Positions 7,373 through 14,025 of a DNA stretch of 16,607 nucleotides are shown here, in pieces. The DNA lies in NCBI GenBank assembly GCA_048938895.1, contig JBHLLU010000073.1:1-16607 (forward strand), in the 5' to 3' direction. A program made the position numbers and the translations under genes. Positions within the stretch are counted from its first letter, which is position 1. Every line of letters begins with the position of its first letter. Source of the stretch: Promethearchaeota archaeon (lineage in GTDB: Archaea; Asgardarchaeota; Lokiarchaeia; Sigyniarchaeales; SOKP01). The notes under the pieces were generated by a model. That model searched no databases. It saw only the letters and a program-made list of their open reading frames with translations, and was not told the origin of the DNA.

Positions 7373-9241
7373 TTGAATACACTATTTGGGTATAATGGTA
7401 AAATAGCATATATTGATTTGAACTCTTTAAATGTGGAAATAAAAGACTTGGGATATGAACTTATTGAGGAGTATTTAGGTGGCGCAGGACTCTCTGCAAA
7501 ACTTACCTATGATCTCCTATCTGAAGATGATTATCACACTTTGCGAGAAGATCCTTTTTCGGGTGTAAATCCATTGATCTTTTCTACAGGACCTTTGACT
7601 GGAACAGCTACTCCTTCTAGCAGTAGATATTGCGTTACAGGAATTTCACCCCTCACAGGGATATGGGGTGAAGCAACTTCAGGTGGATTCTTTCCCATTG
7701 CTTTAAAAAGATGTGGTTATGACGCTATAGTAATCACTGGGAATAGCAAAGCACCTAACTTTATTTATATCAATAATGGAAAAATAGAAATTAAAGATGG
7801 AGATTATATCTGGGGAAAAAACACTCGAGAAACTATAGAGCTAATTAGAGAGAATCTGAATGATGACAAACTTAGAGTCGCGTGCATTGGAAAAGCTGGA
7901 GAAAATTTAGTGAAATATGCTGCGATTATTAACGATGAAGGAAGAGCTGCAGGCAGATGTGGATTAGGGGCATTGATGGGAAAAAAGAAATTGAAAGCTA
8001 TAGCGATAAAAGGAAGTCAACCAATTGAGTATGCTGATAGGGAAGAATTAAGAAATCAAGGAAGGACAACTCAAGAAAATGTGATGATTCCTTTTGCGGC
8101 AAATCTTTTTTCTCACTATGGAACGTTAATTTATACAGATATGGGTATGGTTATTGGTGACGTTCCCACTAAATATTTTACAAGTTCTGAATTTATTGCT
8201 GAAGATTTAACTGGGAGGGCTTTAAAGGAACAATATGTAGTTTTAAAATACGCTTGTTCTGGTTGTCCTATTGGATGTGGGAGAAAAACCATCTTAGAGA
8301 TCAATGGTGAGGAAGTAGAGGTTGACGGACCTGAATATGAAACGACAGCAGCTTTTGGACCATTGTGTGGAATCCTTAATTTTAAACCAATAATTAAAGC
8401 AAACCATAGATGTAATCTCGAAGGAGTAGATACAATTTCTTGTGGGGTTTCTATTTCATTTTTAATATATTTGGTTGAAAACAACCTTGCTAAACCCGAG
8501 ATTGAGAAATATCTAAATGAAATCAGTTTAGAGGAGATTCGATGGGGAAATGACGAAATAGTTTTAAAACTATTAAATCTCCTTATCGATAGAAAAGGAA
8601 TAGGAGATCTATTAGCTGAAGGCACTAGAATAATGGCTAAAAAACTTGGTGTTGATCCTAGCTTGGCTGCCCATGTAAAAGGTTTAGAAATCCCCATGCA
8701 TGACCCCCGAGCATATTTAGGACAGGCTCTAACTTATATGACTGCTTGTACAGGAGCTAATCATAATAAAGGAGATTTTTATAATATTGATGGTGATGCT
8801 GCTTCTTATGCGAAAATTAGGAAAAAAGATAGATTCACAATTAATAAAAGGGAAAAAGCCATAATCGCATATCAAGATTTAACTAATATCTATGATTCTG
8901 CGGTTATATGCAATTTTACACATATTAACGATGGAACGCTAGCAAAACTTTTAAAATTGTCTACAGGAATTCAATCATTTGGAAGCAGTGGTACTCTATT
9001 TAAAATAGGAGAACGCGCTTCAAATCTTAAAAGATTGATTTCATGTAAGCTTGGGTGTAGACGAGAAGATGACTACCTACCAAAAATTGTTTCAACTGCT
9101 TTAAAAACAGGAGGTTCAGCGGGAATTGCCGTGAATTTAGAGGAAAATTTAAAAGAATATTATGAAAAACGCGGATGGGTGTGGGAGACAGGTTTTCCTT
9201 CTGAAAAAAAATTAGAGGAACTCAATATATTAACATCATAA
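7373..9241 (+). CDS. aor: Aldehyde:ferredoxin oxidoreductase (tungstopterin, 4Fe-4S); ORF track start 7352, likely true start TTG 7373
   Basis: GYNGKIAYIDL, YLGGAGL, SPLTGIWGEATSGG, GRCGLGALMGKKKLKAI, Fe-S motif CSGCPIGC, GPEYET, GVDTIS, VKGLEIPMHDPR, distal Cys in ICNF, and EYYEKRGW. Confidence 0.95.
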   Translation: MNTLFGYNGKIAYIDLNSLNVEIKDLGYELIEEYLGGAGLSAKLTYDLLSEDDYHTLREDPFSGVNPLIFSTGPLTGTATPSSSRYCVTGISPLTGIWGEATSGGFFPIALKRCGYDAIVITGNSKAPNFIYINNGKIEIKDGDYIWGKNTRETIELIRENLNDDKLRVACIGKAGENLVKYAAIINDEGRAAGRCGLGALMGKKKLKAIAIKGSQPIEYADREELRNQGRTTQENVMIPFAANLFSHYGTLIYTDMGMVIGDVPTKYFTSSEFIAEDLTGRALKEQYVVLKYACSGCPIGCGRKTILEINGEEVEVDGPEYETTAAFGPLCGILNFKPIIKANHRCNLEGVDTISCGVSISFLIYLVENNLAKPEIEKYLNEISLEEIRWGNDEIVLKLLNLLIDRKGIGDLLAEGTRIMAKKLGVDPSLAAHVKGLEIPMHDPRAYLGQALTYMTACTGANHNKGDFYNIDGDAASYAKIRKKDRFTINKREKAIIAYQDLTNIYDSAVICNFTHINDGTLAKLLKLSTGIQSFGSSGTLFKIGERASNLKRLISCKLGCRREDDYLPKIVSTALKTGGSAGIAVNLEENLKEYYEKRGWVWETGFPSEKKLEELNILTS

Positions 9242-9242
9242 C

Positions 9243-9250
9243 TTTTTTTT
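9243..9250 (+). terminator. Oligo-T terminator of the adh-aor operon
   Basis: T8 run beginning 2 nt after the aor stop, followed by further T-rich sequence. Confidence 0.6.
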
Positions 9251-9369
9251 ATTCATACTTTTCTTGTTCTAAACACTATTTAAATAAGGTTTTAGTTCAA
9301 AGTTAAATATGAGAAAAATTACTATTTTAGTAATAAATATTTTAACTAATTTAAGTAATCGATCATATA

Positions 9370-9816
9370 TTGAAAGAACTCTACGAAATAGGCTTTGTTT
9401 TTAGAGGTTTTGTATTAGTTAACCATATATTTAAGCGTTTACCTGTTCAAAAAGAACATGGAGTAACTAAAGATCTTAGGGGCGCGTTTATTTCGGCAAT
9501 AAACGCTTTTACTGAAACTGCGTTTAATAAAAGCTCACTTGAATATTTGGAGTCTGGAAATATATTATTCATTTTTAAAATCGCAGAGATTCAATCAGAA
9601 GATAATGTTGTAAAAGAACCTTTAATTCTGTATGGTTTAGTAGATAAATCCAAAAGGAAATCTGATAAACTTGTTAACAAATTTTTTGATCGAGTGAATC
9701 CTGTTTTACAATTGTTTGTTCAGTCATTTAGTGGGGCGAATTTCTCAGAATTAAACCAGTTTGAAGATTTTGAAGAAAAGGTCATTGCTTTTCTTACAAA
9801 AAAACCACAAGAATAA
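9370..9816 (+). CDS. Stand-alone longin-like domain protein (sigma-adaptin/TRAPP/Mon1-type fold), 148 aa, TTG start
   Basis: The pattern fits the longin beta-beta-alpha-beta-beta-beta-alpha-alpha order: LYEIGFVFRGFVLVNHIF hairpin, helix DLRGAFISAINAFTETAF, strands LEYLESGNILFIFK and LILYGLVD, helix ending LQLFVQSF, final helix NQFEDFEEKVIAFL. Confidence 0.72.
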   Translation: MKELYEIGFVFRGFVLVNHIFKRLPVQKEHGVTKDLRGAFISAINAFTETAFNKSSLEYLESGNILFIFKIAEIQSEDNVVKEPLILYGLVDKSKRKSDKLVNKFFDRVNPVLQLFVQSFSGANFSELNQFEDFEEKVIAFLTKKPQE

Positions 9817-11466
9817 TTAAACCATAAGACTCCACCCTTTTGGTTTTGCCCTAGAATATTGTATTTTGCCTTGTTGCTTTAATAAATTAATTTCACTTTC
9901 AATCTGAGTAACTGGAAACCCTCTTGCTTTAATATCGTTTATAAATTCTGTTTTAGTATCAACTACTCCTTTTTCCTTTAGGTATTCAATAATTACATTA
10001 CTCAGTGAATCCATTGAACTTATTTCTTGTATTGGTGCTTTATCTCTTTTAGATGTCGATAGCACTGCACTTAACTTTTCTTTATCAGACTTAGTAGGTT
10101 CTTCTAATACCATATGTTTTACAGCGACTTTCGGTTCTTCAATCGGAGTTTCCTCTTTAACTTCTTCCTCCCTACTTTCCTCTTCTAGTCGCCAAGCAGG
10201 ATATTCAATTTTTTCATAAATGACGGATTTTTGTGTCTTTAGTAAAGTTAAATCTTCCAGGATCTCATCTTCAGTGTAATCTAATTCCTTTAATTCAGTT
10301 TCTAAATCTTTCAAATATCCCTTTTTTAACATAATTTCAAAAATGTGCTCTCTTATATTAGTAGGAACATCTTTGACCTTAGCAATCTCATCAATAACAG
10401 TTGAACCTTCATTAGTATCTACAACCTCTAATTCTGTTTGAGGGGAAATTTCTAAAAGTTGTTTATCACCCCATTCAAAATCAGTCATTATACGGATAGT
10501 ACGGTCATATCCACCAAAAATAATATTTTTTTTCTCTCTGTCTACTCTATAACATATATGTTTAATTGATGTAGACACCTTAGTCTTCCATTTTAATTCA
10601 AAATCGGAAGAATCTAGATTAGGATTATGATACACTTTTAAGGAACCGTCTGCACATCCAACCACGATCTCCTTAGCATTATCACCATCAATATCTTCAA
10701 TCAATAATGCTAAAGGGCGGCTTTCTTCAGTTAGAATATCTTTAATTGATTCTCCATTACCATCAAGAACTTTTATAACTGAATTGTCAGTACTTATCAA
10801 GATTTCATTGAAACCATCATTGGTTACATCCCCGACTTTGATATCATTAATTTGTGCTGCGAAATCTTTTTGCCAAACAATGTCAGGAAGTCCATCTTTA
10901 AATCTTATTAATTGAACGATTCCACTCTTAGTTCCAACTATCAGTCCATAAATTGGTGTCTTTTCAGCATTTAATTTTATTATACCTAGTGTGCAAGCTG
11001 TTACCCAAGAGTCGTAGTACATAATGAATTTTGGTTCCTTCGAATCAATGCTCTCAAAGATTTTTATAGTTTTATCTTCACTACCAAATATTAATTCTAT
11101 ATTCCCATTGCGAGTAATATCTCCCGCAATGCAACAATTTACACGCTTAGGAGATTTGTAACGCATTATTCCAACTAATTTTTTCTTTTCTGGACTCAAC
11201 TTTAAAACCATAAAACTTCCATCTCCCGCACCCACTAATACTTCATCGCATCCATCCCCATCAAGATCAATAGGATAACTACATCGACACCATCCATCAA
11301 AGACTCGATCATCTATTATATTCATAGTTTCATCCATTAAATAGAGAGTTTTATCATGTCCCCCGAAAACTAAGAAGTTATTCTCTTTACATTTTAATAC
11401 TGAACATGTTAAAACCGCATCTGGACATTCAAACATATGATTAAGTTGAAATCGCTTTCGAATCAT
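9817..11466 (-). CDS. Seven-bladed FG-GAP/WD-like beta-propeller protein with two C-terminal winged-helix-like domains
   Basis: Seven blade repeats in aa 1-330 (FGGHDKTLYL, VGAGDGSFMV, FGSEDKTIKI, VGTKSGIVQL, ISTDNSVIKV, VGCADGSLKV, FGGYDRTIRI). Four carry DxDGDG-like loops. Two related ~60-aa units lie at aa 368-427 and 487-549. No signal peptide or TM segment is visible. Confidence 0.8.
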   Translation of the reverse strand: MIRKRFQLNHMFECPDAVLTCSVLKCKENNFLVFGGHDKTLYLMDETMNIIDDRVFDGWCRCSYPIDLDGDGCDEVLVGAGDGSFMVLKLSPEKKKLVGIMRYKSPKRVNCCIAGDITRNGNIELIFGSEDKTIKIFESIDSKEPKFIMYYDSWVTACTLGIIKLNAEKTPIYGLIVGTKSGIVQLIRFKDGLPDIVWQKDFAAQINDIKVGDVTNDGFNEILISTDNSVIKVLDGNGESIKDILTEESRPLALLIEDIDGDNAKEIVVGCADGSLKVYHNPNLDSSDFELKWKTKVSTSIKHICYRVDREKKNIIFGGYDRTIRIMTDFEWGDKQLLEISPQTELEVVDTNEGSTVIDEIAKVKDVPTNIREHIFEIMLKKGYLKDLETELKELDYTEDEILEDLTLLKTQKSVIYEKIEYPAWRLEEESREEEVKEETPIEEPKVAVKHMVLEEPTKSDKEKLSAVLSTSKRDKAPIQEISSMDSLSNVIIEYLKEKGVVDTKTEFINDIKARGFPVTQIESEINLLKQQGKIQYSRAKPKGWSLMV

Positions 11467-11536
11467 AATCTCACAAGAAGCCTTTAGATTATAGAAATTT
11501 TAATAATATCAAAAATAAATTTTTCTATTTATTCAT

Positions 11537-11559
11537 TTAAGAATTATCTTAAGAATTAT
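11537..11559. repeat. Tandem 11-bp direct repeat TTAAGAATTAT x2 upstream of the propeller gene
   Basis: Exact copies at 11537-11547 and 11549-11559, separated by one C. Confidence 0.55.
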
Positions 11560-11587
11560 TAAACTGTTAGTTTGGATTAGATATATG

Positions 11588-11605
11588 AAAAAAATAAAAA
11601 AAAAA
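11588..11605 (-). terminator. Oligo-T terminator after the 713-aa gene
   Basis: The minus strand reads T10-A-T7, starting about 10 nt after the stop codon. Confidence 0.65.
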
Positions 11606-11614
11606 TTTATTATT

Positions 11615-13756
11615 TTATAATGCTAATTGCGCATCTGATGGACTATATTCACCTGTACCAGTGATTTCATAAGAAATCTCTAATTTATCTCCTATATCCA
11701 ATTCTTCAATTTCCCATTTTAAGGTATCTTGGCCTACTTCATCCGTAACCTTAGGTGTCATTGAATAAGTTCCATATTCAAACGAATCTGGTACTTTATC
11801 AAGAAGTACAAGATTATAGAGTTTTGATTCACCAATATTTTCAAGAGTTAAGATGATTCTGTAATTACCAAGAGTTCCGATTGGAACAACTTCTTTACTT
11901 GTACGGAATTTCCTTCTAATATGAAGTGCTTCGATTACAGGAACTTCAGGTCTGAATTCTAACTCTTGACTTACAGGGTAAGTGTTTGCATGATAAATTA
12001 TTTCAGATTCAAATGTAGAATCTCGAACAGGATTTACACAATGAATAGGATACTGAAATTCTAAAGTCGAGTCTGGTTTAAACATCCCCGTACTTGTATC
12101 TTTAAGATCTTTAAGAGATATAGTAAAAACATCCATTTCAAAGCTCACAGCGTCTCCAGAAAGTTCTACTTCATCTCCGTCCCAAATTAATTTAATTTCA
12201 TCGGCTTTGGGAGGCTGATATTCATCTGTAAAAGTTTGTTGAATAACAGTAATTTCATTTAGTGGAGCTGAACCGTTATTTGCCATTTTAAGAGTAGCAA
12301 TAACGTCTTGAGCTTTGTAGGTAGGAGTTTCAACTCTGTCGTAAGCCATATCTCCTGTGATGCTAGCAATCTCTAATATAACGTCTGAAATTGATACTGA
12401 GACAGTAACTTGATATTGATAATCAGGAACAACACGAAATTCAAGTTTCTTCCGAAATGTTGGATAATCTTCGCTTTCATATTGCCACTTAACTGAATGC
12501 CATTGAGCTCCTGAAGGTAACATAGGAACATCATTAGGATCAATATCGACAAATTTTGTACTCTCGTCATCTGGACTATAAACATCTGCATTGAAAAGCT
12601 GAATTATAAATTCTGAAGAGTTATCAAAGATTAATTTATTATCCCAAATATTTGGTTCTTCATCTCTCTCAAGAGTATCAATAAAAAATTTGTTCCGAGT
12701 ATAGGCATCAAATTTATCAATAGCTAATCCCTCTGCAAATGAAGAAGCTGCTTTATAGGTAACATCGATATCGCCTGTTCTTCTTCTAGCGATGTCATTT
12801 ACTGTGATGTTACATGTAAATTTGAGTAAGACGGTATAATCTGGTCTTAATTTCTCTATTTTCCAAATTATTTTATCGCCTTCGATTTCAGCCTTTCCTT
12901 CTGTTGTGTTTCGAATGGCAGGATTAGTAAATTCATCTGGTATTGTCTTTATAACTTCGATTTTTGAAACAGGTTTATCAAATTCATTTCTTAACGCAAT
13001 TGCAAAGGTTACAGTGTTTTCTCTGTCAATTGAGATTCCAAATGTTTCTAATTCCGATACTACAGCAGTCCCACCATCTTCCCAGACCTCTTCTTCATCA
13101 TCTTCATCATTATCCTCTTCTTTGTCGTTTTTTGCTTCTGGGGGTATAGTTGCAACTTTTTTACTTACTTTACTTGTTTTATCTTTAAGTTTTAAGAGTT
13201 CTTTTTCGATATCGTTAATATTTAAAACATCATCAGCTTCAGGAAGAGTACTTATAAATTCTTTTACTAAAAAGAGGTTTTGAACATCTTTTTTAAGTTC
13301 AAATTCTTTTGTTTCAACGTTATCTGGATATTCTGTTCCTAATTCCCTTATTGATATATCCTTTGATTTTAAATTTGTACTAGCAATATTTTTTAATGAA
13401 ACATCAATATCCCAAAGACGGTCAGAATTACTTGGGTTTTCAATACTTATTTTTCCCCCAAAATTAAATGAATCAACATTTGCATCATGGTCTTGTTTAA
13501 CTTCTACATCTTCAATGATTTTTACTAATGCTAATAATCCTTCTCGATTTCCATCTTTTAATAAAATGCTACCTTCAAGTGCTCCGGTGTCTTCATCATA
13601 TGTCTCAATAACTGGAGTTGCTGTATCTCTATCAACTAACTTTACTTTTCCCTCATCCATATCTGTTCTTTTTAAAGCATCTGCTACGAGTTCTTCTCCA
13701 GCTTCCTCTTTGTCAAATCCCATTCTAGATGGTTTTTTTTTCTTATCTTTTGCCAT
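11615..13756 (-). CDS. Cytoplasmic multi-beta-sandwich protein: mu-homology-domain-like N-terminal half plus C-terminal DUF11/appendage-like Ig folds
   Basis: 713-aa acidic ORF rich in beta strands, with no signal peptide. aa 75-352 resemble the adaptin mu C-terminal domain. aa 614-705 (KEVVPIGTLGNYRIILTLENIGESKLYNLVLLDKVPDSFEY..LKWEIEEL..LEISYEI) fit the DUF11-type Ig pattern. The CDS is certain; the product call is inferred. Confidence 0.6.
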   Translation of the reverse strand: MAKDKKKKPSRMGFDKEEAGEELVADALKRTDMDEGKVKLVDRDTATPVIETYDEDTGALEGSILLKDGNREGLLALVKIIEDVEVKQDHDANVDSFNFGGKISIENPSNSDRLWDIDVSLKNIASTNLKSKDISIRELGTEYPDNVETKEFELKKDVQNLFLVKEFISTLPEADDVLNINDIEKELLKLKDKTSKVSKKVATIPPEAKNDKEEDNDEDDEEEVWEDGGTAVVSELETFGISIDRENTVTFAIALRNEFDKPVSKIEVIKTIPDEFTNPAIRNTTEGKAEIEGDKIIWKIEKLRPDYTVLLKFTCNITVNDIARRRTGDIDVTYKAASSFAEGLAIDKFDAYTRNKFFIDTLERDEEPNIWDNKLIFDNSSEFIIQLFNADVYSPDDESTKFVDIDPNDVPMLPSGAQWHSVKWQYESEDYPTFRKKLEFRVVPDYQYQVTVSVSISDVILEIASITGDMAYDRVETPTYKAQDVIATLKMANNGSAPLNEITVIQQTFTDEYQPPKADEIKLIWDGDEVELSGDAVSFEMDVFTISLKDLKDTSTGMFKPDSTLEFQYPIHCVNPVRDSTFESEIIYHANTYPVSQELEFRPEVPVIEALHIRRKFRTSKEVVPIGTLGNYRIILTLENIGESKLYNLVLLDKVPDSFEYGTYSMTPKVTDEVGQDTLKWEIEELDIGDKLEISYEITGTGEYSPSDAQLAL

Positions 13757-13956
13757 TATTAACTACCAGTTTTTGTATTTAGATTGAAATTTTATTTAAG
13801 AGTTAATAAAAGTTAACCCGATAAAATAAGATCTAACTACACTCTTTAAAAAATTTATCATACCAAAGAATTAGATTATAAGAAGAAACATCGTAGGTGT
13901 ACCTTTTGTTAAAATCTGAAAAATTTTTTACCATATAAATGAAAATTTTTAGTAAT

Positions 13957-13977
13957 AAAATCAACAAGATTGATTTT
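13957..13977. repeat. Perfect 8-bp inverted repeat AAAATCAA-N5-TTGATTTT
   Basis: Arms at 13957-13964 and 13970-13977, in the 269-bp gap downstream of the glycerate kinase and upstream of the 713-aa gene. Confidence 0.45.
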
Positions 13978-14025
13978 GTGACCAATAATAACGAAGATTC
14001 TTAGAAATTTTTACGACAAATAAAT

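Noticed and set aside
4020-8697. Short ORFs 4020-4277(+), 5398-5616(+), 5837-6019(+), 6782-7030(-), 8131-8697(-)
   Set aside because: They overlap conserved genes on the opposite strand and have the Ser/Phe/Ile-rich composition typical of antisense frames.
9820-10365. Calling the wH-like units true Z-DNA-binding Z-alpha domains
   Set aside because: The wing Trp is present, but the recognition-helix Asn/Tyr pair and the Pro-Pro motif are not clearly conserved.
11615-13756. 713-aa protein as an S-layer or secreted adhesin (DUF11)
   Set aside because: No hydrophobic signal peptide, lipobox or C-terminal TM anchor is visible. Not fully excluded without prediction tools.
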